From a virus (Duplodnaviria; Caudoviricetes), in the IMG/VR virus record IMGVR_UViG_3300020045_003659, positions 1-34,166 of that record: a stretch of DNA of 34,166 bases; one strand, 5' to 3'. Below the pieces are notes generated by a model. It was not told where the DNA came from. It saw only the letters and a program-made list of their open reading frames with translations, and ran no database searches. A program made the position numbers and the translations under genes. Shown here one piece after another: positions 27,479 through 34,166 of the stretch (positions within the stretch are counted from its first letter, which is position 1; the number at the start of each line of letters is the position of its first letter).

Positions 27479-27816
27479 CAGTTCATTACTCGAATATCTG
27501 GAATCGTCACATCCATCGGCCAGAGGCCACGTTTAACTAGCTCTCGCACCGTCTTGATGTGCGCCTCACCCCACATGGTTACCCGCTGTTCCCGCGTCAG
27601 GTGGCTTCCGCTGTCTAGGGCTGCATGGCAGGTTTCGCACAGCGCAGCGGTGAAAATGTCACTGGCCTTGAGCGAACGGCCTTTGCCATGGGAGGATTGA
27701 TTGCTGTGTGCGGCTTGGGTGAATCCGTGCTGTCCACAGTGCTGGCACTCAATCGATGCCACGGCCTGCAATAGCTTCTTGCTGCGCACGTAGGTTATTT
27801 TTGGGAAGGCAATCAT
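27478..27816 (-). CDS. Zn-binding HNH-like protein (DUF968/DUF1364-type)
   Basis: CQHCG...AAH...LCETCH. Confidence 0.7.
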   Translation of the reverse strand: MIAFPKITYVRSKKLLQAVASIECQHCGQHGFTQAAHSNQSSHGKGRSLKASDIFTAALCETCHAALDSGSHLTREQRVTMWGEAHIKTVRELVKRGLWPMDVTIPDIRVMN

Positions 27817-28436
27817 GCGAACTCCAGCGCCAGTTGTCCAAGCTGAAATTCAGCGTACCTACCCCATTGACTTGCAGCAGCTTGGGCTAGGCCGTCAAAT
27901 GTCTTGCTTCTCAACTTCCAGCGATCAGGGCCAGGCGGCATGTAATGCACTCGCTCCCGGACGTTCTTTGGCAGATTCATCATTTCCGCCCTGACGTTGT
28001 TTGTCTCTTCCAATTGAGGGAGGTTTTTCAACCAGAGGCATGTGGCCTTCTGTTCCATGTGACCAAACATCCATGGCTGAACCGTCTGATACGCTGGGCC
28101 GATAGTGCTAGACAGGATCGACACTGGCTGTTCAAGTGCAATTCGCTTGATTGGTGCATTCCACAGCTTCACGGCAAAATCAAGCGCGGCCTGCTGGCGT
28201 CCATCAGCCTTCTTTGCTTCAAAGTGCCGCGATCCACTTACAGCGAGGTGCGTGCAGGGCGGGTGGAATATCCCAACATCCCAACCGTCATTAACGACCC
28301 CAAGCACATCGCCTTGAATGTGATGCTCTGATCCATCGTCAGCCGGGAGAATGTCGCAACTCCATGCGTTGTATCCCAGCGCACGGAATGCCCTGCGCAT
28401 CGTTCCTGATGATTCGCAGCCGATCAGAACTTTCAT
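27813..28436 (-). CDS. DNA cytosine methyltransferase-like protein
   Basis: MKVLIGCESSG (SAM-binding-like), HPPCT (catalytic PC-like), LEQP (ENV-like). Confidence 0.65.
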   Translation of the reverse strand: MKVLIGCESSGTMRRAFRALGYNAWSCDILPADDGSEHHIQGDVLGVVNDGWDVGIFHPPCTHLAVSGSRHFEAKKADGRQQAALDFAVKLWNAPIKRIALEQPVSILSSTIGPAYQTVQPWMFGHMEQKATCLWLKNLPQLEETNNVRAEMMNLPKNVRERVHYMPPGPDRWKLRSKTFDGLAQAAASQWGRYAEFQLGQLALEFA

Positions 28437-28846
28437 GCCATCTCCACCACTGAGAACCTGACGCCTTTTTCAGCGCCAAACGCTTCCATCAGGGTTTGCA
28501 TTTCGGACATTTCCGCCCGGGTCATCTTGCTGGTTGACTGACCGCAGACCACAAACCCGCCATCAAGGCCTGGCACAACCTTTGTGCGCTTCATGGCTGC
28601 GCTGAATACATCCTTCCATTCTTCTGATGTGATCTTCTGCCCGTACCAATCGACCTGAGCGCTGATTTCGGCCAGCATTGCCCAAAGGCGGGCGTTCTGC
28701 TCAAGGCTTCGGGTTGCTGGTTTCACCATCAGAACCCAGCGAGTCCCCTGTTTAAGACCAGTTGAGAGGAACGGGAATACCTGCGCCCTGATTGCGGCCC
28801 AAGCCTGCTCTTTGTTGTGCAGCTCGATGGTTAGGGTTTCACTCAT
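28433..28846 (-). CDS. ninB: NinB-family recombination protein
   Basis: RSLEQNARLWAML...W.G...WKD...STSKM. Confidence 0.88.
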   Translation of the reverse strand: MSETLTIELHNKEQAWAAIRAQVFPFLSTGLKQGTRWVLMVKPATRSLEQNARLWAMLAEISAQVDWYGQKITSEEWKDVFSAAMKRTKVVPGLDGGFVVCGQSTSKMTRAEMSEMQTLMEAFGAEKGVRFSVVEMA

Positions 28847-29133
28847 GACGTAGCCCCAATAGCCGCCAGCGCCTCGCCTACGCTTGTGACGACAACGCAC
28901 GGCCCACCGTTCCAGTCGATATGCCACAAGATTTGATCGGCGGTAAGCTCTCTCTTGCTCGGCGGTTGCTTTCCGTCCTTTACCTCAAGCAGATAGGTTT
29001 TCAGGCGAAACCCAACTAGCAGGTCAGGAACCCCAACACCCACCGCTGCCAGGCTTTGAACCGAAGCCCCAACCGTGCGCAGAGCATCCACAATTTCCGC
29101 TTGGTTTTTATCAACCTTTGCCGCTCTACGCAT
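28843..29133 (-). CDS. VRR-NUC-type PD-(D/E)xK nuclease / Holliday junction resolvase
   Basis: GVPDLLV...LLEVK...LTADQ..W. Confidence 0.8.
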   Translation of the reverse strand: MRRAAKVDKNQAEIVDALRTVGASVQSLAAVGVGVPDLLVGFRLKTYLLEVKDGKQPPSKRELTADQILWHIDWNGGPCVVVTSVGEALAAIGATS

Positions 29134-29296
29134 TTGCCGCCTTCTCCGCCCGAACCCGAGCAAAAACCTCTTGCGTGATACCGGCGAATCCCGGTTCGTT
29201 CTCAAGCTCTTTCAGCCGGGTCAATACGTGCTCACGAAACCCGGCCAGCTTTGAAAGCTCGGTCAGGTGGTCTACTTGTCTTTGGTATTCGGTCAT
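29126..29296 (-). CDS. 56-aa hypothetical protein (not in ORF track)
   Basis: MTEYQRQVDHL...; TGATG-coupled to the helicase stop. Confidence 0.6.
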   Translation of the reverse strand: MTEYQRQVDHLTELSKLAGFREHVLTRLKELENEPGFAGITQEVFARVRAEKAANA

Positions 29297-30285
29297 CAAT
29301 ATCTCGTCTGTTGATGCGGCCAGTTCGGGAAATAGAGCGGCGAATCACCCGGCTCTGCGATGTACTGCTGAGAATCACGGTTAAACCACAGCTTGATAGT
29401 TGGCTCACCCTCCCCGCTTCCTTCGTAATTCCGTTGCTTGCGGCACAGAAGGTAGTGGTCTGGCTCGGTTGATTTGGTGGACAGATGGCCTTTCGCCTTC
29501 ATGTCGTCCTCTTTGGCCTTGTTGCGCCAGACCATGAACACGTTGTCAACCTGATCGGTAATCGACCCGCTGCCCTTGTTGTCGTGTTTGTCTGGCACGG
29601 CGTTTTCATTGGCTGGTTTTCTCAGGTGGTGGACAAGGTGGATGTGCACCCCGTAATCCCTGGCGACGGCGGTCAATTCGTCAACGAACACCTTTTGTCC
29701 ATTGAAGTCGTCTTCACCCTTCACGCACTTGGCGAGGTTGTCCACAAAGACGTGTTTGATGCCCAATTCCTTGGCGCAGTAGCGGACCATGCCGATAACC
29801 TTGTTCGCCTCAGCGGTGCCCATCTGGTCATAAAGCCACATGCGGCCATCGCTGAATGCTCGGAAGTCGGCGTAAAGCGATTCAATGGCGGTTATGCCTT
29901 CATCCCCCTGGAACTCAGGAGAGAACGGGTTGAACCCGGAGAACATGCGGGCCATGCGTTGCAGGGTTACGACCGGCTTCATTTCAAAGCTGGCGGTGCA
30001 CACCCGTTCCCCCTGGCCGACAAGCGACAAACCGACTTGGCTCGTCATCAGGGATTTACCGTGTCCGTTCTGTCCAGACCACAGCGACACCTCGCCATCG
30101 CGGAATGCAAAGCTGTCCATGGTCTTTGTCCACGGCAGGAACGTCTGACGTTCTTTTGCCTTGCTGCGCAGACGTGCGTGAAGATCCGGGAACCATGACG
30201 CTGCGGGCTTGACCTTGGCTTGCGCGTCTGTCTCGCGCATGTACATCGAAAAATCAATGTCATCAGCGATCAGAAAATCAGCCAT
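29296..30285 (-). CDS. SF4 (DnaB/T7 gp4-like) replicative helicase
   Basis: GQNGHGKS Walker A, SFEM, VFVDNL, HLVHH, KGSGSI; start MADFL (30285). Confidence 0.88.
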   Translation of the reverse strand: MADFLIADDIDFSMYMRETDAQAKVKPAASWFPDLHARLRSKAKERQTFLPWTKTMDSFAFRDGEVSLWSGQNGHGKSLMTSQVGLSLVGQGERVCTASFEMKPVVTLQRMARMFSGFNPFSPEFQGDEGITAIESLYADFRAFSDGRMWLYDQMGTAEANKVIGMVRYCAKELGIKHVFVDNLAKCVKGEDDFNGQKVFVDELTAVARDYGVHIHLVHHLRKPANENAVPDKHDNKGSGSITDQVDNVFMVWRNKAKEDDMKAKGHLSTKSTEPDHYLLCRKQRNYEGSGEGEPTIKLWFNRDSQQYIAEPGDSPLYFPNWPHQQTRY

Positions 30286-30602
30286 TGCGCCTCCCCGGAT
30301 TTCCACATTGCCGACTTTCCTGCGCAGTGAGCAAACACAACACTCGCCCCGGCACGTTTGCAAGCCACAGATAGGGCCTTCACGCGGTTTATTTCGTCGC
30401 CTGATACGTTGACAGCCATCCCAACCAAAAACCGCATGTCGAGGCTTTGAATGTCGTCGCCATGTGTGCAGACCGTGACCATGGTTTTTTCATAAAGCCA
30501 TTTCACCCATTTGTCCATCACCGGGTAGTCATCGACGTAAACCATTCCGGCAGGCTTCACGCCGGTCTCCCGGAGTCGAATTAAGTCTTCGTGTCCGCGC
30601 AT
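30270..30602 (-). CDS. Hypothetical protein in the replication module
   Basis: 110 aa, coupled between the initiator and the helicase. Confidence 0.65.
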   Translation of the reverse strand: MRGHEDLIRLRETGVKPAGMVYVDDYPVMDKWVKWLYEKTMVTVCTHGDDIQSLDMRFLVGMAVNVSGDEINRVKALSVACKRAGASVVFAHCAGKSAMWKSGEAQWLIF

Positions 30603-31300
30603 CAGATTGCCCCCGCGAAAGCGTTGGATTGCTCATGCAATGCGCCGGGAGTTACGCCGTCTTCCCACCGCTTGCCGTTCAGGTAGACCAGCGGGGCTTC
30701 TACGTAGCCGTCCCGCCACTTCTGGGTTTGGCGCTTGACTGCGATGTCAGCAAGGATTGCGTCAGCCGATGAATCAAGAAATGAAGACTTCCACTTCTTC
30801 GCGCATTTCGCCTTGTCCTGCTTGCGTTCGTTTGCAGGCCATGCTGACCAAAAATCCTCAAACCTCACCGAACCACCGGCAGGGGGTAAGGGGGTATCTT
30901 TCTCTTCTCTTCTCTTCTCTTCTCTAGTCCGCAATTTGTCCGCTTGTGGTGAGGACGCTTTTCGGACTTCCTTCTTACGGTCTGCATCCTGTGCCCTACG
31001 CTTGGCAGACTGTCCGTTGTGAGTGTCAAACTCAGGCAGCACAAGGCTTTTTCCGGTTTCTTCAATCCATCCGACAGCGCACATTGCGGAGGAAAAACCG
31101 GGCCATCTAAGGTGTTCGTCAATCGCGTCGAAGGTGTAGCCATCAAGCTCACCGTCAATTGAGTGCGCGTCAAACAGACACCAAACGGACATTAGTCCGC
31201 CAACAGTCCGAAGCCTGTCCGCATTCAAAGCGGACGCCATGCGGACAACTTTCGGATGTGTAAACAGGTCTGCTCTCATCTTGATCCAATCGCCTGCCAT
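30602..31300 (-). CDS. Phage replication initiator (O-like)
   Basis: MAGDWIKMR..L..HPKV N-terminus; REEKRREEK linker; FEDFWSAWP...YLNGKRWED C-terminus. Confidence 0.85.
   Translation of the reverse strand: MAGDWIKMRADLFTHPKVVRMASALNADRLRTVGGLMSVWCLFDAHSIDGELDGYTFDAIDEHLRWPGFSSAMCAVGWIEETGKSLVLPEFDTHNGQSAKRRAQDADRKKEVRKASSPQADKLRTREEKRREEKDTPLPPAGGSVRFEDFWSAWPANERKQDKAKCAKKWKSSFLDSSADAILADIAVKRQTQKWRDGYVEAPLVYLNGKRWEDGVTPGALHEQSNAFAGAI
30899..31250. repeat. Iteron-like GTCCG(C) repeats and (TCTCT)n tract; probable origin
   Basis: GTCCG at 30927, 30938, 31012, 31195, 31206, 31217; inverted CGGAC at 30963, 31186, 31231, 31242; 11-bp phasing within clusters. Confidence 0.6.
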
Positions 31301-31576
31301 TTAGACGGCCTCCCAAACGCGATAGCCACCAACAACAAGGTGGGCACCACAAACGACAACAGGACGTGCAAGACCTGACTTGGCAAGCTCTGGAAGGCGG
31401 CGATCAATCTGAACAACCGTCAACCCTGTGAGGTCAGACAAGCGGCAAGCTGTTGCAACGCCGTTGCGCAGTTCCAAAAGAATCCGGCCAGCGTGAGATT
31501 CGGCGAACCGCTCGGCATTGCGTGCGGCTACGTGCGATGTGATTGGGTCGCTGTTGCGCGCCCTGGCGGTGTTCAT
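31301..31576 (-). CDS. Winged-helix protein
   Basis: ARNSDPITSHVAA...IDRRLPELAKSGL. Confidence 0.7.
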   Translation of the reverse strand: MNTARARNSDPITSHVAARNAERFAESHAGRILLELRNGVATACRLSDLTGLTVVQIDRRLPELAKSGLARPVVVCGAHLVVGGYRVWEAV

Positions 31577-31728
31577 ATGCCACCTTTCAAGATTGAACGG
31601 GTCTTGTCGGCCTGACCCTTTGCCGCGAGAACGATCTGATTCGGAACTGGCTTCAACAGGGCTTGCGCTCGCTTGCTGAGTCCTGGCATGACTTGGGCTG
31701 ACTGCGGGTTGCTTTGGCGTGTTTTCAT
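31573..31728 (-). CDS. Small basic hypothetical protein
   Basis: MKTRQSNPQ... 51 aa, ATGA-coupled. The upstream part of the 105-aa track ORF overlaps RNA structure. Confidence 0.45.
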   Translation of the reverse strand: MKTRQSNPQSAQVMPGLSKRAQALLKPVPNQIVLAAKGQADKTRSILKGGI

Positions 31729-31786
31729 CTGTTCATCAAACTTGGGGATGCGCTCTGCGAACAAGGTCGGCAAAGTGCTGTCATGG

Positions 31787-31883
31787 AAAAGAAAACCACC
31801 CCACCTGAATGCTCCGCACAGACGCAGGGAGACACGCCGTGTAGTGCGGTGCAGGCAGTGGGTGCCAGCGTGGGCGGGGTGGT
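31787..31883 (-). terminator. Structured element / tR1-like terminator after cro
   Basis: ACCACCCCGCC pairs with GGTGGGGTGGT, followed by TTTCTTTT; inner CCGCAC/GTGCGG stem. Confidence 0.55.
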
Positions 31884-31890
31884 GAAACAT

Positions 31891-32100
31891 TTAGGCCGTG
31901 ACGGAAAGCTCGGGCCAGATGCGCGCCCAGTCGGTCGGCCTGAGCATCTTTCGAGTGATGCGGCCACCGCTCTCGCGCTCTATTCGGACGCAAAGCTCAG
32001 GGCTTGCCTCACGACGCTTTGTGAAGACTTGGTACAGGTAGGCGTCAGCGATTTCGCATTTCTGCGCAAGCACCGAACGCTCTTCGGGTTTCATGTTCAT
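31891..32100 (-). CDS. cro: Cro-like (YdaS-type) repressor
   Basis: 69-aa HTH with SPELCVRIERESGGRITRKMLRP.DW..IWPEL; divergent from the repressor gene. Confidence 0.88.
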   Translation of the reverse strand: MNMKPEERSVLAQKCEIADAYLYQVFTKRREASPELCVRIERESGGRITRKMLRPTDWARIWPELSVTA

Positions 32101-32106
32101 GGCCCG

Positions 32107-32135
32107 ACTGTAGCGTAACGCTAGAAGGTCGTCAA
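32107..32135 (-). promoter_or_regulatory. PR-like sigma70 promoter
   Basis: TTGACG, 17 bp, TACAGT, 6 nt, cro ATG. Confidence 0.85.
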
Positions 32136-32171
32136 GCGTTTCGACAGAAACATATCCTTAACGACTTGCTA
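32111..32171. promoter_or_regulatory. OR1-OR3 operators (TAGCG-N3-CGCTA)
   Basis: TAGCGtaaCGCTA 32111-32123; AAGCGtttCGACA 32134-32146; TAACGactTGCTA 32159-32171. Confidence 0.8.
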
Positions 32172-32175
32172 TAAC
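32167..32175 (+). promoter_or_regulatory. PRM-like extended -10 promoter
   Basis: TGcTATAAC, 5 nt, repressor ATG; no SD sequence. Confidence 0.65.
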
Positions 32176-32180
32176 TTGCC

Positions 32181-32597
32181 ATGGACCAGTACGCCAAAGC
32201 TCTAAAGCGTCTCTGTGATACCCACGGCGGGTACAACAAGGTTGCGGACGCTGCTGGCGTAAACGGGCAAACGCTCTACCAGATCACCACGGGGGTGACA
32301 CTTCCATCTGGAAACCCGCGAGGTGTAGGACCCAACCTGCGGAAAAAGCTCTCAGCAGCCTTCCCTCTATGGTTGTCCGACTTGCCTACAGAAGAGATAG
32401 GCGACATTTTCAAAGTCATGACAGCAGAGGAAAGCGAGCTGCTGTACAACTTCCGGTCATTGACCGATCAAGAGCGGGAGCGCTACTCTCGGGAAATCGC
32501 AGCAAAGGCAACCGAGCTACGGGCGCACATCGCAAAACACATCGACAAAATGATGGGCAAGGTGCCCGCCACCAGGACGATCAAACAGGAGCCATGA
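32181..32597 (+). CDS. cI: CI-like repressor without S24 peptidase domain
   Basis: N-terminal HTH (KVADAAGVNGQTLYQI) and C-terminal MTAEESELLYNFRSLTDQERE; divergent from cro. Confidence 0.78.
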   Translation: MDQYAKALKRLCDTHGGYNKVADAAGVNGQTLYQITTGVTLPSGNPRGVGPNLRKKLSAAFPLWLSDLPTEEIGDIFKVMTAEESELLYNFRSLTDQERERYSREIAAKATELRAHIAKHIDKMMGKVPATRTIKQEP

Positions 32598-32794
32598 GAA
32601 TGACTGAGGACTCAAAAGACGGAATCGGGTTTGCCTTGGGCATGGCGGGCCTGTTCGCCGGATCGTTTCTCAGTGCCGCACTGTTTGACATAAACGCCGG
32701 GTTCTGGCAGATCGCAGCGGCCCTCGTCTTGGCCGTCCTTGTCTGGTGGTCGCCTATGTATGCGTACTACAGATGGCGCAAGCGAGCGCAGTAA
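32594..32794 (+). CDS. 66-aa 2-TM membrane protein
   Basis: ATGA-coupled to the repressor; two hydrophobic helices and a basic tail. Confidence 0.7.
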   Translation: MRMTEDSKDGIGFALGMAGLFAGSFLSAALFDINAGFWQIAAALVLAVLVWWSPMYAYYRWRKRAQ

Positions 32795-32809
32795 AAACAC
32801 AGGTTCCAG

Positions 32810-32832
32810 GCCCGCCGCGTGCGGGCTTTTTT
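32810..32832 (+). terminator. Intrinsic terminator of the repressor operon
   Basis: GCCCGC-cgcgt-GCGGGC followed by T6. Confidence 0.85.
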
Positions 32833-32885
32833 GCGTCTTAACAACACCTCGCCGCTAGGTGCTGCAACTTTTTTTGCTATTTTTC

Positions 32886-32925
32886 TAGCTTTTCGCTTGA
32901 CTGCATCCTAGCGTTTCGCTACATT
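32886..32925 (+). promoter_or_regulatory. PL-like promoter with OL operators
   Basis: TTGACT, 17 bp, TACATT; operators TAGCTtttCGCTT 32886-32898 and TAGCGtttCGCTA 32909-32921. Confidence 0.85.
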
Positions 32926-32931
32926 AACCCC

Positions 32932-33203
32932 ATGCCGACAAACAAGTCGGAGCAGCAGCAGATCGGTGCAGCGACATGGGTTCTTTCAAAACTTGCACCT
33001 GGCGGTTCGCACTCTTCGGAGCAGACGACAGCCAGCGCGTGACCGGGCGTGAGACGGTACACAGTGGACGGTAGACCGTCCCGCATCTAGCCCGCCGCGT
33101 GGTGGGTAGTGGATGTGTAGATCAGTCGGAGCCTGCATCGCAGGGAGATGCCGACAGCCGCAACAGCGGCAAACCAAAGCGTCCGAGGTGGGCGCTTCGT
33201 TTT
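32932..33203 (+). ncRNA. Putative structured PL leader RNA with boxA-like sequence
   Basis: About 8 consecutive stem-loops including a cUUCGg tetraloop; GTTCTTTCAAAA at 32980-32991. Confidence 0.45.
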
Positions 33204-33222
33204 GCCAACAAAGGGGATCGAA

Positions 33223-33513
33223 ATGAAGAACACACGCATTGCACTTTCCGCCCTTGTCCTATTGCTGACGGGCTGCGCTGGGACTGCTCCAACGACTTGG
33301 AACAACTACCACGACCGTGAGGCCTCCGCACCGGCAGCTTCTGTGCCGGGCGCACCTGCAGCACCTGGCGCCACAGCAGACAAGCCCAGCACCAGCAAGC
33401 CCGCAACAGCTTCCAGCGGAATGCCATCAGCCAAGCCGCCAGCAGCCGCGCCACAACGGCCCATGCCGTCGCAGAAGCCGCGCGCCCCTGCCCCATCCCG
33501 CCCAACTCGCTGA
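33223..33513 (+). CDS. Pro/Ala-rich lipoprotein
   Basis: MKNTRIALSALVLLLTG-C lipobox; AAGGGG RBS. Confidence 0.75.
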   Translation: MKNTRIALSALVLLLTGCAGTAPTTWNNYHDREASAPAASVPGAPAAPGATADKPSTSKPATASSGMPSAKPPAAAPQRPMPSQKPRAPAPSRPTR

Positions 33514-33522
33514 GGAACAGCC

Positions 33523-33933
33523 ATGACCACGAACCCCGTAACCGACGCAGACGAGTACATCGCCAGCCTGTTTGCCAAGCAGGAAGCCCGCCAAGCCGCA
33601 GTTGATGCGATGGCCGATCAGTTCCGCACCGCCGCCGCGAAGTGCGACGCCAATGCACTGGTGCCGTGGGCTGGGACGGTGATCGACCACGAGCAGCGCA
33701 AAGCACAGGGCACCTCGTGGGCTTCGGCCGACATGCCGATGCGCCAGCAGGCCCTGCACGAAGTCATGTTGAACGCCCTGGACTACAGCCACGGCCCGCA
33801 GATGTGCGAGGCGATGCAACTGATCCTGAACGTGGCGTACGGCGCCGACCTGGCCAACGCTCCGCGCCATGCCCGCGATCTTCTGCGCCGCATGGGTGAA
33901 GCCTTCGGGCGCGTGCATTCGGGGGTGCAGTGA
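33523..33933 (+). CDS. Hypothetical phage protein
   Basis: 136 aa, GAGGA RBS. Confidence 0.7.
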   Translation: MTTNPVTDADEYIASLFAKQEARQAAVDAMADQFRTAAAKCDANALVPWAGTVIDHEQRKAQGTSWASADMPMRQQALHEVMLNALDYSHGPQMCEAMQLILNVAYGADLANAPRHARDLLRRMGEAFGRVHSGVQ

Positions 33934-34016
33934 TGGACCGCGCCGACCTTTTCGTCACTGCGTGCTGTGTGCTGGCTTCGCTGGCGATGGCTCTGATTGA
34001 TTTACCAGGGAAATGA
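33933..34016 (+). CDS. 27-aa hydrophobic peptide
   Basis: TGATG-coupled; MDRADLFVTACCVLASLAMALIDLPGK. Confidence 0.4.
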   Translation: MDRADLFVTACCVLASLAMALIDLPGK

Positions 34017-34017
34017 C

Positions 34018-34166
34018 GTGATCGCTCTATTCACCGAATTCACCCTTCGGCTGCGTATCTGGTTTTACACCGCTGCGCTGTCGCAAATCGACCCACTCCA
34101 TGCAGACGTGTCGGAAATCATCCGCACGCTCTGCGCTCTCTGTGACCAACTTGACGAGTTGAAAGG
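34018..34166 (+). CDS. Hypothetical protein, truncated by the window end
   Basis: GTG start; frame stays open to the end (…ALSQIDPLHADV…). Confidence 0.45.
   Translation, partial: MIALFTEFTLRLRIWFYTAALSQIDPLHADVSEIIRTLCALCDQLDELK

Noticed and set aside
46-32118. Many long plus-strand ORFs (e.g. 5623-6576, 17525-18556, 29485-30198)
   Set aside because: Antisense shadows of well-supported, tightly coupled minus-strand genes; no recognisable motifs.
32861-32880. Third OL operator
   Set aside because: Only a TGCTA half-site, and the spacing does not fit the 23-25 bp pattern.
32932-33203. tRNA or CRISPR array in the hairpin-rich leader
   Set aside because: No cloverleaf with T-loop and CCA, and no regularly spaced repeats.

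Overview
The whole window is phage DNA: a temperate podovirus or prophage whose virion gene order resembles Bordetella BPP-1/epsilon15-type phages. A betaproteobacterial host is my inference only. From 32100 down to 42 the minus strand carries, in order: cro, replication genes (O-like initiator, DnaB-type helicase), a nin-like region (VRR-NUC-type nuclease, NinB, methyltransferase-like, HTH proteins), terS/terL, GNAT, cupin, portal, an SGNH esterase, scaffold, capsid, cement, tail adaptor and nozzle, three internal (ejection) proteins, a beta-helix tailspike, a permuted NlpC/P60 enzyme and a lysis cassette with embedded Rz/Rz1. The plus strand from 32181 holds a peptidase-less repressor, a small membrane protein and the start of the PL operon. 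A lambda-like switch with TAGCG-N3-CGCTA operators is readable. The most striking unexplained signal is an exact 10-mer, GTGTACGCAT, found four times on the minus strand at gene boundaries. Each copy lies exactly 16 bp upstream of a -10-like hexamer and heads a virion gene block, and I recognised no Q antiterminator. This suggests a dedicated activator-dependent late promoter class, mostly leaderless. Other notable items are an ADP-ribosyltransferase-like plus HExxH module in the 2125-aa ejection protein and a hairpin-rich ~290-nt PL leader. I saw no integrase, att site, tRNA, CRISPR array or DGR. All family calls come from motif recognition by eye, not database searches.
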